From the IMG/VR virus record IMGVR_UViG_3300009499_000123, positions 1 to 59,656 of that record: a stretch of DNA of 59,656 nt; one strand, given 5' to 3'. This DNA is from a virus. Taxonomy: Duplodnaviria; Caudoviricetes. Position 1 is the first letter of the stretch; each line of letters starts with the position of its first letter. The position numbers and the translations under genes were made by a program. Of this stretch, positions 46,113 to 57,015 are shown one piece after another. The notes under the pieces were generated by a model. That model saw only the letters and a program-made list of their open reading frames with translations, was not told where the DNA came from and ran no database searches.

Positions 46113-49100
46113 TCAGGCCAACCCGAAATACCGCTCGAAGTACGCAGCGAGCTTTTCCAGCACCGTCTGTTTCTTGGCTGCATGGCCATTATTCTTTGAG
46201 AATCTCGACACAGGAGGCAGGATTTTGGTGATCGCGGTGCCAGTGACGGGGATGCTCCCGTCGCGGAAAGCGTTATCGATGAAGCTGCGCGTGGCCTCGG
46301 CGTTGAGGTTCTCTTCCGTGATGATGCGTTCCAGCTCCTCGAGCTTCTTCGTTGCCACGAATGCCTGCCATTGCTCGTCCACCTTGAATTTAGTGGTGAC
46401 CGAATCGACAAAATCTTCGATCAGGTCTTTCTTGTTGCGTAGGCCAGGACTGGAGTTGATGGCGCGCTCGATGGTGGCGCGAATTTCCTTGTCGTCGCCT
46501 GTGCCTTTTTTCTTCAGGTACTGCTCGACCAACAGCAGGATGTAGTCGACGTTGATTTCGACCTGTTTGATCAGCTCGATCTCAAACACCACGTCGTCGT
46601 TGATCGATTCTTTCTCGGCATCAGACGTGGCGCGGAATTCCGCGTACAGATTCAGGTACAGGCTTTGGTAGTCCTGAAACTCGCGATCTGTGAGTATTTC
46701 GTTCCCAGCGAAATCGTCGAAGGCCGTCAAGATGTTCTTCAAACGCAAGATCGAGCCGAACAGTTTGATGAACGCTTTCTGTGCCGCTTCGCCGACGATG
46801 GCTTTTCCGAGCGGGAATCCTGCCACCAACTCACCGACGCGTTTTTCGTACTCCTTGTAGTACTCTGCATAGGGCTTGAGCAGCACGATGCCCTTGGCAT
46901 CCTTGTTGCCGAACAGGGCCAGCGCGTCATTGGTCTCCTGCTCCAGATTGCGGAAGGAAACGATGTTGCCGTAGGTCTTGACCGAGTTGAGGATGCGGTT
47001 GGTGCGCGAGTACGCCTGAATCAAACCGTGCGCCTTGAGGTTCTTGTCAGCCCACAGGGTGTTGAGCGTGGTAGCGTCGAAGCCGGTAAGGAACATGTTG
47101 ACCACGATCACCATATCCAGCTCACGTTTTTTCAGGCGCTGCGACAGGTCCTTGTAGTAGTTCTGGAATTTATCCGCCGAGGTGTCGAAGCTGGTGCCGA
47201 ACAAGGTGTTGTAGTCCTGGATCGCAGCTTCGAGAAAATCGCGCGAGTTGGCATCCAGTCCCTCGGTTTCAAATTCCTCTTCACCCAGCAAGCCGTCGCC
47301 TTCTTCCTCATTGGCGGCAAAGCTGTAGATCAGGCCCACCTTTAGCCGTTGTGCCTCGGGTAAGTCTTTTTGCTGCGCGGTGAATTCCGCGTAGTAGCGT
47401 TTGGCGGCATCGATGGAGGCACAGGCGAACAGCGAGTTGAAGCCTGCCAGGCGCTTACCGTCGTGACGGTAGCTGCTGGCGCGCTTGGTCTTCTGATCGA
47501 AGTGCTCGCGAATGTAGCCCACGATCTGCGTGATGCGTTCCGGTGCCAAGAGCGCCCGCTCGGTGTCGATGGCCGACACCTTTTTGTCCTTGATGCCCGC
47601 CTGCGTTTTGATCGTGTTGATGTAGTCGATGCGAAACGGCAGCACGTTTTTGTCGTTGATGGCATCAACGATGGTGTAGGTATGCAACTTATCGCCAAAG
47701 GCCTGCTGCGTGGTACGCCGCAGCGGGTTGCCGGAGGTGCCGGAGTTCTCGGCAAAGATCGGCGTGCCGGTGAAGCCGAACAGGTGGTAGCGTTGGAACA
47801 CCCGGGTGATTTCGGCGTGCATATCGCCGAACTGGCTGCGGTGGCACTCGTCGAAGATCACCACCACATGTGCCTCATACACCGGGTGCTTCTTGTTCCT
47901 GGCCACGAAGCGGGAGAGCTTCTGAATGGTCGTAATGATGATGCGGGCGTTTGGGTCTTCCAACTGCTTTTGCAACACTGCCGTGGAGGTGTTCGAGTTG
48001 GCCGCGCCCTTCTCGAAGCGCTCGTACTCGCGCATGGTCTGGTAGTCCAGATCCTTACGATCCACCACGAACAACACCTTGTCCACGTCGGGCAGCCCCC
48101 GAGCGAGCTGCGCCGCCTTGAAACTGGTGAGCGTTTTTCCAGAGCCGGTTGTGTGCCAGATGTAGCCGCCCGCCGCCACTGTGCCCAACTGCTTGTGATT
48201 AGTGGCGGTGGCGATGCGCTGCAGGATGCGCTCGGCAGCCACGATCTGATAGGGCCGCATCACCAGCAGCTTGCGATCCACATCGAACACACAATATTTG
48301 GTGAGGATGTTGAGCAGCGAATGCTTGGCGAAAAAGGTCTTGGTGAAGCCCGTCAGCTCGGTGATCGGCTGGTTCTTCGCGTCGGCCCACCAGCTGGTGA
48401 AGGAAAAGCTGTTGGAGGTTTTGCTCTTGCTGCGCTTGCTGGACTGCTCCTTCAAATGCCCATCGCGTACGGTGTTGCTGTAGTACTTGGTCAGCGTGCC
48501 GTTGCTGATCACGAACAGTTGGACGTACTCGAACAGGCCAGAGCCCGCCCAGAAGCTGTCGCGCTGGTAGCGATTGATCTGATTAAAGGCCTCACGAATG
48601 TCCACTCCACGGCGTTTGAGTTCGATGTGTACCATCGGCAGGCCGTTGACCAGCACGGTCACATCAAAGCGGGTTGCACGTGCGCCTTCAGATTCGTACT
48701 GGTTGATCACCTGCAGCGCGTTGTTATGGATATTGGCCTTGTCGATCAGGTAGATGTTCTTGGTGCTGCCGTCGTCGCGCTTCAAAACCTGGACGTGGTC
48801 TTCCTGAATGCGCGCGGTCTTTTCCAGAATGCCATCGTTGGCGCCGGCGATGCTGGCCGTGAAGAATCGTTCCCACTCGGCATCGGAAAAGCTGATTTTG
48901 TTGAGCTTTTCCAATTGACGGCGCAGGTTGGTAATCAGCTCAGTTTCCGAGGTCAGGGCCAAGTAGTCATAGGCCTGTAGCTGCAATTGCTGGATGAATG
49001 CCTTCTCCAAAGCGGCTTCGCTTTGATAAGTGGCCTCCCGCACGCTCGGTACATCGGGCAAGAATTCGGCGACGACGGTGCTCTCGTTGGAAAGAGCAAT

Positions 49101-49136
49101 CGGTTCGTAACGAAATGGCTTGAGGTCTTCGCTCAT
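46113..49136 (-). CDS. hsdR: Type I restriction endonuclease subunit R
   Basis: D....NGLP..IELK nuclease motif, HTTGSGKT, DECHRS, FTGTP and QAYSRTNR. Confidence 0.96.
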   Translation of the reverse strand: MSEDLKPFRYEPIALSNESTVVAEFLPDVPSVREATYQSEAALEKAFIQQLQLQAYDYLALTSETELITNLRRQLEKLNKISFSDAEWERFFTASIAGANDGILEKTARIQEDHVQVLKRDDGSTKNIYLIDKANIHNNALQVINQYESEGARATRFDVTVLVNGLPMVHIELKRRGVDIREAFNQINRYQRDSFWAGSGLFEYVQLFVISNGTLTKYYSNTVRDGHLKEQSSKRSKSKTSNSFSFTSWWADAKNQPITELTGFTKTFFAKHSLLNILTKYCVFDVDRKLLVMRPYQIVAAERILQRIATATNHKQLGTVAAGGYIWHTTGSGKTLTSFKAAQLARGLPDVDKVLFVVDRKDLDYQTMREYERFEKGAANSNTSTAVLQKQLEDPNARIIITTIQKLSRFVARNKKHPVYEAHVVVIFDECHRSQFGDMHAEITRVFQRYHLFGFTGTPIFAENSGTSGNPLRRTTQQAFGDKLHTYTIVDAINDKNVLPFRIDYINTIKTQAGIKDKKVSAIDTERALLAPERITQIVGYIREHFDQKTKRASSYRHDGKRLAGFNSLFACASIDAAKRYYAEFTAQQKDLPEAQRLKVGLIYSFAANEEEGDGLLGEEEFETEGLDANSRDFLEAAIQDYNTLFGTSFDTSADKFQNYYKDLSQRLKKRELDMVIVVNMFLTGFDATTLNTLWADKNLKAHGLIQAYSRTNRILNSVKTYGNIVSFRNLEQETNDALALFGNKDAKGIVLLKPYAEYYKEYEKRVGELVAGFPLGKAIVGEAAQKAFIKLFGSILRLKNILTAFDDFAGNEILTDREFQDYQSLYLNLYAEFRATSDAEKESINDDVVFEIELIKQVEINVDYILLLVEQYLKKKGTGDDKEIRATIERAINSSPGLRNKKDLIEDFVDSVTTKFKVDEQWQAFVATKKLEELERIITEENLNAEATRSFIDNAFRDGSIPVTGTAITKILPPVSRFSKNNGHAAKKQTVLEKLAAYFERYFGLA

Positions 49137-49720
49137 GCGGCGTCCCTAAAGGTGAGCAGCCGGTCGCGGTAATGCGCGTACTGCTGGCGGCGTGCCTTGA
49201 TTTCAGCCGGCAGGCCGAAAGAAATATCGTTTACCAGCGTGTCAAATTTATCGAGGATGGCGACGATGCGTTCTTGTTCTTCGAGCGGCGGGACAGGAAT
49301 TGTCAGTTTGGCCAGGCTTTCACCGGACAAACGCTTAACCTTTGCACGGGCGACAAATTTATTTTTCTCAGCATTGAATCTCTCTGTCTGGAAGCAATAC
49401 GACACAAACTTTGGATTCATTGAGTGCTGAAATGCAAAGCAGTCGTCGTGAATCGCAACTTTATCCGCGCCCAGCCAAGCAACGGCCTTGCCGACGTCCT
49501 CAACCGTCTCGCCGACAGCAGCAATAACGATGTCGCCCTGTTGCGCGAAACGCAGTGTTGACACCAGGTCAGCGCGCACATGCGAAACCGCCTGCGTTGC
49601 GGAGGTTCCGTACTGGGTATAAATATCGCCATAGTGAATGCAGCCGATTCCGTCCGGGACGTAATCACCCTTGGTGAATCGGCGGCCGCGCGTGAATTTT
49701 CCAATCTCACCCAAGGTCAT
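49133..49720 (-). CDS. hsdS: Type I specificity subunit, 3' half (second TRD), currently out of frame with the 5' half
   Basis: IPVPPLEEQERIVAILDKFD..GLPAEI.AR..QY..YRDRLLTF. Confidence 0.85.
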   Translation of the reverse strand: MTLGEIGKFTRGRRFTKGDYVPDGIGCIHYGDIYTQYGTSATQAVSHVRADLVSTLRFAQQGDIVIAAVGETVEDVGKAVAWLGADKVAIHDDCFAFQHSMNPKFVSYCFQTERFNAEKNKFVARAKVKRLSGESLAKLTIPVPPLEEQERIVAILDKFDTLVNDISFGLPAEIKARRQQYAHYRDRLLTFRDAA

Positions 49721-49725
49721 CCACC

Positions 49726-50417
<692 letters not shown>

Positions 50418-50421
<4 letters not shown>

Positions 50422-52058
50422 GCTTGTTCTCCTTCCAGATCTGCAACGATGGCATCGATCTGCTCCCTCAATTCCACTTGTCGAGCCACGATGCGGCTGA
50501 TCTCGGCGTTGAGCACCCGGATGTCCACGGCTACGCTAGTGTCGGCCTGCTCGACATAGCTGGACACTGCGATGTTGTAGCCATTGGCGGCAATGTCACC
50601 GTTCTCGACCAGCCGCGCGAAGTGTTCGATGCTCTGGCGACGGGCGAAGGCATCGAGGATTCTTTGCTGGTGCTCGGGCAGCAGCTTGTTCTTATTGCCG
50701 CTGCGAATGAATTCGGCGCTGGCGTCGATGAAGAGCGTGGCGTTGTCACGTTTGGATTTCTTCAGCACGATGATGCACGTGGCGATAGTGGTGCCGAAGA
50801 ACAGGTCGGGCGGCAGCTGGATGACCGCATCAACATAGTTGTTGTCAATCAGGTACTGGCGAATCTTCTGCTCCGCGCCACCGCGATAGAGCACGCCGGG
50901 GAATTCAACAATCGCTGCAGTGCCGTTGACCGCCAACCAGCTCAGGATGTGCAAGGTGAAGGCCAGGTCGGCCTTGCTCTTGGGTGCAAGCACACCCGCC
51001 GGGGCGAAGCGCGGGTCGTTGATCAGCAGGGGGTTGGCGTCACCGTCCCATTTGATCGAGTACGGCGGATTGGAGACGATGGCCTCGAACGGTTCGTCGT
51101 CCCAGTGCGCCGGATCGGTGAGTGTGTCACCGTGGGCAATGTTGAACTTTTCGTAATTCACATCGTGCAGGAACATGTTGATCCGGCACAGGTTGTAGGT
51201 GGTGAGATTGATTTCCTGGCCAAAGAAGCCCTGGCGCACCTTGTCGTGGCCCAGCACCTTGACGAAGTTGAGCAGTAGCGAGCCGGAACCGCAGGCGGGG
51301 TCATAGACCTTGTTAACTTCGGTTTTGCCCGCCACCGTGATACGCGCCAGGAGCTCAGAGACTTCCTGGGGAGTGTAGAACTCGCCGCCGGACTTGCCGG
51401 CAGTGGAGGCGTACATCTGCATCAGGTATTCGTAGGCGTCGCCGAACAAGTCGATGCTGTTGCTGGTAAAGCGGCCCGAGCCATTGGAGAGCGGCAGATC
51501 GCCGATGGCGTCGAGCAGCTTTACCAGCTTTTCATTGCGCTTGGCCACCGTGGGTCCGAGCTTGCTGCTGTTGACGTCGAGGTCGTCGAACAGGCCTTTG
51601 AAATCGTCCTCGCTATCGGAGCCGGTGGCAGAGCCTTCAATGTCGGCGAATACCCGGCTTAGCGTTTCATTGAGGTTGGTATCCAGTCGGGCGCGTTCGC
51701 GCACATTGGCGAACAGTTCCGAAGGTAGGATGTAAAAGCCCTTTTCCTTCACCGTCTCGGCGCGACCGAACTCTGCATCCGTATCGCTCAGGGCGGCGTA
51801 GTCGAAATCTGCGCTGCCCGCCTTGCGTTCCTGTTCATTGAGGTAGCCGGTTAGGTTCTCCGAAATAAAGCGGTAGAACAACATGCCGAGCACATAGCTC
51901 TTGAAGTCCCAGCCGTCCACACTGCCGCGCAGATCGTTGGCGATGCGCCAGATGGTCTTGTGAAGCTCTGCTCGCTCGGTTTCTTTACGACGACTGCGGG
52001 CGTCTGACTCACAGCGATTGTCCTCGCCCTGTTTTATTGCCATTTCAATGTTGGTCAT
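50418..52058 (-). CDS. hsdM: Type I methyltransferase subunit M
   Basis: [17 protein letters not shown] and NPPY. Confidence 0.96.
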
Positions 52059-52073
52059 ACTCGTTCTCGTCTT

Positions 52074-52577
52074 TTATGTCTTTGGAGGCTGCGCTGCATC
52101 GAGCGCCACCAACATTTGTTCAGCCGCATCCCACGGTAGACGCCTGCCGTTGAGACGCATCTTGTTCAATGCCGCTCTGGCCACCGCGACCGTGATGCGC
52201 TGCTCGCGTACCATCTCGCCTATCAGCCAGATCGTGCCCTTGACTTCCACCTGCTCGGCGTCCGCCGCTTGTCTCAACGCAGCATCGCCCGTCAACAGTG
52301 GGCATTTCTCGACCTCGGCCAATGCCAGTGCAAACAAGTCGTTGCGGCCTGGCTTGGCGTAGGTCTGCGCCAACATCTGAACGCGCTCAACGCTTTTCGC
52401 CGAAAGCGTTCGCGTCTGCAGGCCCATGTCGAGCAAATGGGCGTGCTGCTCTTCCAGTTCCTCGTAGTACAAAATGTCCGGCACGGCGAACTGGTAGCCG
52501 AGACTGAACATTGGTGCCACCAGATCGCCCACTTCAACATCCATCAAGATGTTGGCATCACTGATTAACAGCAGCAT
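52074..52577 (-). CDS. PIN-domain protein (DUF3368-like)
   Basis: ISDANILMD..EL..ND...LALA..LLTGD..LR..A..GTIW. Confidence 0.82.
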   Translation of the reverse strand: MLLLISDANILMDVEVGDLVAPMFSLGYQFAVPDILYYEELEEQHAHLLDMGLQTRTLSAKSVERVQMLAQTYAKPGRNDLFALALAEVEKCPLLTGDAALRQAADAEQVEVKGTIWLIGEMVREQRITVAVARAALNKMRLNGRRLPWDAAEQMLVALDAAQPPKT

Positions 52578-53625
52578 CGCCGCCCTCCATCGAGCGGACG
52601 CGCCGAAACTGTTGCAGCGGCATGTTCATCAGTTCTGCGGCTTTCGATTCGCCGATGTATTCCTCGGCTAATGCGTGGAACACCAGTTGTTCGAAGATGT
52701 GTGCCTTCTCGGTGGGGTAGTCGCGCCCCGGCTCCTTCCGGTACCAGCCCTTGAAGCGGAATAGCTTGGCTTGTTCTTCGCGGTAGGCAGGCGAGATGAT
52801 TCCGAGATCGCGAGCGCGATAGAGAATGCCGGCCATCGACAGGCCGAACTCTTCCTTCAGCAGCCCCAGTTCCTTGAGTTCGATGGCATTACGATGTTCG
52901 CCGAGCTCTTGCAGCACGGAGGCACGCGGAAACAGGAAGGCACCGGCAAAGCGGTTGCACGCCATCTCTTCGTCAAGATCATCTGGGAGGCGACCTTCAA
53001 GCATGAGGTGCCCCAGTTCGTGCGCCAGCGTGAAGCGCTGGCGATCCCCTGGCCAATGGCGGCCAACGACCACGATAGGCATCCCATTGACGCGAGCGGC
53101 CAAGCCGTCAAATTTGTTTTCGGCGTCTGCCTCGATCATGAAGACACGGATGCCGTTGGTCTCCAGCACGTCGATCAGATCGGGGATCGGATCGAAGCCC
53201 AAATCCCAAGTCTCACGGACGCACTCAGTGACCGCTTCGATCTCATCCATCCCGGTGATGGAGCCCGGCAACCCTTCGACTGTGGCAAAGGCCTTGACCG
53301 GCGACTGCGGAAACAGATTTTCTAGCTCGACGCGCCGCTCGATCTGGTCGATCACCTCGTGAGTGATCGCATCCAGCCGCTTCTTGGGTAAGGAGCTGCG
53401 CTTGCGGTATTCGATCCCTTCAAGTGCAACCGGCTCCGGTCGGAAGAAATACTCGGTGCGTACATTGAGCGCGCGCGACAGCCCCAGCAGGATGTCGCTG
53501 GATGGCATAGCGAGCCCGTCCTCGTACTTCTTGATGGCTGCGTGGGACACGCCGACGCGCTCGCCCAGATCGCGCAGGGATAGCCCGGCCGCCTTACGAG
53601 CACGATGGAGTCGAACGCTGAACAT
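52558..53625 (-). CDS. XRE-HTH plus ImmA/IrrE metallopeptidase fusion
   Basis: N-terminal HTH (LSLRDLGERVGVSHAAIKKYEDG); RFTLAHELGH and E..CNRFAGAFL.P. Confidence 0.9.
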   Translation of the reverse strand: MFSVRLHRARKAAGLSLRDLGERVGVSHAAIKKYEDGLAMPSSDILLGLSRALNVRTEYFFRPEPVALEGIEYRKRSSLPKKRLDAITHEVIDQIERRVELENLFPQSPVKAFATVEGLPGSITGMDEIEAVTECVRETWDLGFDPIPDLIDVLETNGIRVFMIEADAENKFDGLAARVNGMPIVVVGRHWPGDRQRFTLAHELGHLMLEGRLPDDLDEEMACNRFAGAFLFPRASVLQELGEHRNAIELKELGLLKEEFGLSMAGILYRARDLGIISPAYREEQAKLFRFKGWYRKEPGRDYPTEKAHIFEQLVFHALAEEYIGESKAAELMNMPLQQFRRVRSMEGGDAAVNQ

Positions 53626-53640
53626 GATTGACCTCTTGTG

Positions 53641-53687
53641 GGTTTACATACACCTGTATTATAGTAGAATTTGTAAACCGAAGTCCA
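53641..53687 (-). promoter_or_regulatory. Promoter of the defence operon with flanking inverted repeat
   Basis: Minus-strand TGGACT-18bp-TATAAT. GGTTTACA (53641) and TGTAAACC (53672) bracket the -10 element. Confidence 0.6.
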
Positions 53688-53761
53688 GGCCGATCTTCGG
53701 TTCCTCAAGGTGCCCGGGTCGCTGCGGCGTCGGAGGTCCATCGCGGCCGAAGGAGCACGAC

Positions 53762-53971
53762 ATGGCTAAGCATTTTCCGAAGGGCCTGGATGGCCGCATG
53801 CGCGATCAGAACGGCGAAATCCGTCAGAAGCGCAGTGACACGAAGGTGGAAACCTTGCGCAAGACCTACGGCGATGACTTCGCCAAGGGCTATCGCTCCG
53901 ATGCCCACCTCGGGACCGTCTTGAAGCGTGAAGGCGTAGATACGCTCGATCAGTTGCTCAAGAAGAAATAG
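53762..53971 (+). CDS. Small basic hypothetical protein (69 aa)
   Basis: AAGGAG RBS; divergent from the defence operon. Confidence 0.7.
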   Translation: MAKHFPKGLDGRMRDQNGEIRQKRSDTKVETLRKTYGDDFAKGYRSDAHLGTVLKREGVDTLDQLLKKK

Positions 53972-54037
53972 CCCCGACGTTGGGCCGGTCCGTTCTCGAC
54001 GCTAGTGGCGGCTTGCCTGTCAAGCCAGAAAGGTGAC

Positions 54038-54991
54038 ATGGAATCAGCACGCGATAAGCACACGGGCGAGATCGTCGACGCCGAACAGTTGTGGATCATC
54101 AATCCGGTCGACCCCCTGGGCTATGAATGTCGGGGCTGCGCCGCCCAAGCGACCCCTTGCTCGTATCGGCCGGAGAACAAGGTCCGCCCGTACTTCAGCG
54201 CGAAAGATGGGCACAAAGCTGGCTGCGACGTCGAGGGTGAAGTCGAGCTGGTGAAGCGCGCACGGAAGCAGCGGGTCACAACCCGTGAGGGCTTCCCTGG
54301 CGGCTTCCCGAACCGGCTCGTGCTCCGTGAAACTCGTCCTGTGTCCAGCCCAGATGGGTCTCCGACCGCTCCGGCGGGCGGTGGAGGACGCCGAACCGGC
54401 TCGAACGGATCAAGCGAGACGCGACGGGATCGCCATTGGGCAGCGCAGACCATTCGGCCAATTTGCCGCACTTTCCTAAATTACCCGTTCGACCGCGACC
54501 TCCCTTTGGCAGTGCCTGGAATCGAGGCTGACACCTACCAGCGTGTCTTCCGCTCCCTCAAGAGCGATCAAATCGTCCAGTATCCCGAACCGCGCCTTTT
54601 CTACGCTCCCATCAGTTGGAAGGCGCCAATCGCCGATGATGTCCAGCTCGAAATCCAATTGAGCTACGGTGAATGGAAAGAGCGAAAGCTCACTCGACCA
54701 TACCGGGTGAGGTTGGACTGGAAAGACTGGAGCGCAGCGAAGCGCAACTATGTTTCCCGAGAGATCGAGACCGCCAAGTCTGAGTACATGGCGGCAAAAA
54801 AGCGCGGCGACAAAGAAAAGGGATGGCTGTTCTTCATTGGAAGGCAGGACGAAAGTGACCCCACGCTCTTCCACGTCGATGATCATCGTCTTGTCTGTTG
54901 CGTGGTTGCCGAAATGATCTACCCGCCGTGGCCCGCTAACCGCCAGAATGAGAAGCAGGCCATTGACCGCCCTGCGCCGTCAAATTATTGA
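54038..54991 (+). CDS. Hypothetical protein with N-terminal CoiA-like Zn-finger pattern
   Basis: ARD..TGE.V.A..YECRGC..PYF..H...C. Confidence 0.65.
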   Translation: MESARDKHTGEIVDAEQLWIINPVDPLGYECRGCAAQATPCSYRPENKVRPYFSAKDGHKAGCDVEGEVELVKRARKQRVTTREGFPGGFPNRLVLRETRPVSSPDGSPTAPAGGGGRRTGSNGSSETRRDRHWAAQTIRPICRTFLNYPFDRDLPLAVPGIEADTYQRVFRSLKSDQIVQYPEPRLFYAPISWKAPIADDVQLEIQLSYGEWKERKLTRPYRVRLDWKDWSAAKRNYVSREIETAKSEYMAAKKRGDKEKGWLFFIGRQDESDPTLFHVDDHRLVCCVVAEMIYPPWPANRQNEKQAIDRPAPSNY

Positions 54992-55237
54992 AAGCACACC
55001 CTCAAGATCAAATCATTACTATCCCGCCCGTAATGAAAAAGTGCCGCTGTTCGCCCATTTGCATCCGGCACTACAAATGCGCAGGCCAGCGGCCGGCCTG
55101 TTGGCCGCCGCACCCGCTCACGCGCAGAGATGGAATCTCCGTTGCGGGCACGACGACCCCAAATCATCCGGATTGTTAAAGAGCAGCGTATCGCCCACAC
55201 GGGCAACACTACGATCTTCCAGCTGGAAGGGTTTCGA

Positions 55238-56119
55238 TCATTGATCCAATGACGTCGTCGCGACAATGGCCTCGAACTGCTCCAACACTTCCGGGTGCTG
55301 CTGCCGGATGTAGCGGACCACCGCCTTGTTGTCCAACAGCTTCACCAGAAAGCCCTTGGCCAGCACCAGGTTGAGCACATCCTGACCGTAGGATTTTTCG
55401 ACCAGCTTCAGTTGCCCTTGCAGGTTGCCCATTTCGCGCTCCATCTTCACCATCTGTTCCGCCGTCACGCCGGACATCTTCCGTGGCCGCTTCTCGCTGA
55501 CCAGCAGCTGCGGCGGCGTGGCCGCGAGCAAGGCTTCGGCGTAGGCGACCGTCATGTTGTTGGCTGTGAGCATCAGCTCTACGCACTCGACCTGCCGGGT
55601 GGGTTTGAGCTTGCGCAGCACCGCGCCGAGGTTGGCGGAGAAGTGCTGATCCTTCAGCATCTCGACCGCCTCCGGGCAAATGCCGTCTAGCAGACTCATC
55701 TTCTTATGAATCTGGCTGATGTCCACGTTCAGAGCCTTGGCCAGCCGCTCGGGCGTGACGCCCCGTTCGACTGCGCGCCGAAGCATGTGGTGCTCTTGAA
55801 TGGACGAGATACGGTTGATCCGATTGTTATAGGTGTAGCTTTCGTCGTCGGTGGCGATCAGGCAGGGTGCGTCGGTGTAGCCGAGCTGCCGCAGTGCCAG
55901 CAGGCGCATGTGCCCATCGAGCAAGACGTGCTGGCCGGTGGCCTTGTCGGCCTTGCCCACGCTCAGGGGCTCGATCAGGCCGACCGCTTCCATCGACGCC
56001 ACGATCTGCTTGAACTTGCGCGAGGTATGCAAGCCCTCCGGCGTCTTGCGCGACGGCAGAATCCGATCCAGCGCAAGCGTGATCGGCTCCGGGATGAACC
56101 CCAGCAGCGGCCGGCTCAT
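55238..56119 (-). CDS. ParB/RepB-like partition protein
   Basis: VGLIEPL.V..LLDGHMRL.AL ParB motif plus RepB C-terminal-type region. Confidence 0.85.
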   Translation of the reverse strand: MSRPLLGFIPEPITLALDRILPSRKTPEGLHTSRKFKQIVASMEAVGLIEPLSVGKADKATGQHVLLDGHMRLLALRQLGYTDAPCLIATDDESYTYNNRINRISSIQEHHMLRRAVERGVTPERLAKALNVDISQIHKKMSLLDGICPEAVEMLKDQHFSANLGAVLRKLKPTRQVECVELMLTANNMTVAYAEALLAATPPQLLVSEKRPRKMSGVTAEQMVKMEREMGNLQGQLKLVEKSYGQDVLNLVLAKGFLVKLLDNKAVVRYIRQQHPEVLEQFEAIVATTSLDQ

Positions 56120-57015
56120 GTCGCGTGGCCTCCGATCCATACGCGCTCGGCAAGTTGCTTGGGCAAGGTATCCAGGCCTTCGGCACGTAGCAAATTGGAG
56201 AAGTGCTCGTCGGCCAGCAACTGGCGTAGCGCCTCGATCACGAACAGCAGGCGTTGCTGCGCCGATTCGGCCTTCTTGACCATCAGCTTCTGCCGCTCGA
56301 CCTCGTGCTGATAGTTGCGCACCAGGCTGGAGGTGGTGACGGATGCTCCCTTGCGTGCGGGCCGGTGGGCCAGCGTTTTGCCGAGGGCGCTGCGCCGCTG
56401 AAGCACACGCCGCGCCTGCATCAATTGCCCGCCGCGCAGTTGGCCGCTTTCATATGCGTCCTGCAACGCAGCCTGCACCGCTTCTTCGTCGCTTGCGCCC
56501 GCGATGGTGATGGCGACATTGAGTGGAACTCTTCCGGCTTCGACGGCGGCCAGCAGACGTTCCTCGCCTTTTTCGAAGAGGAGCAGGATGCCTTTGATGT
56601 AGTCGAGGCTCAGGCCGGTCTTCTGGGCGATGACGCGCTTGTCGTATCCCTGCTGGCTCAACTGCTCGATGCTCATCAGCAGTTCCAGCGCGCTGTATTT
56701 CCTGCGGGCGATGTTTTCGGTCAAGCTCATGATGAAGGCGTCTTCGTCGTTGACCCGCACCACCAGCGCCGGAATCTCCTTTTCGCCAAGCGACATGAAC
56801 GCTTTGAGCCGGCCTTCGCCGCAGATCAGCAGATAGCGTTTGCCATCTTCCAGATCGTCGCGCGGCGTCACCGTGACCGGCTTCTTCAGGCCGACGTTCT
56901 TGATGTTGCCGACGATCTCCTCGAACACGCGGCCATTGCGCTCGCGCGGATTGAGCACGGCAATCTGATCGACCGGGATCATCTGCAGGTCGATGGCGTG
57001 ATGCGGTTTGGTCAT
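56116..57015 (-). CDS. ParB/RepB-like partition protein
   Basis: NPRERN..VGLKKPVTV..LICGEGRL..SLTENIAR; ATGA-coupled at both ends. Confidence 0.87.
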   Translation of the reverse strand: MTKPHHAIDLQMIPVDQIAVLNPRERNGRVFEEIVGNIKNVGLKKPVTVTPRDDLEDGKRYLLICGEGRLKAFMSLGEKEIPALVVRVNDEDAFIMSLTENIARRKYSALELLMSIEQLSQQGYDKRVIAQKTGLSLDYIKGILLLFEKGEERLLAAVEAGRVPLNVAITIAGASDEEAVQAALQDAYESGQLRGGQLMQARRVLQRRSALGKTLAHRPARKGASVTTSSLVRNYQHEVERQKLMVKKAESAQQRLLFVIEALRQLLADEHFSNLLRAEGLDTLPKQLAERVWIGGHAT

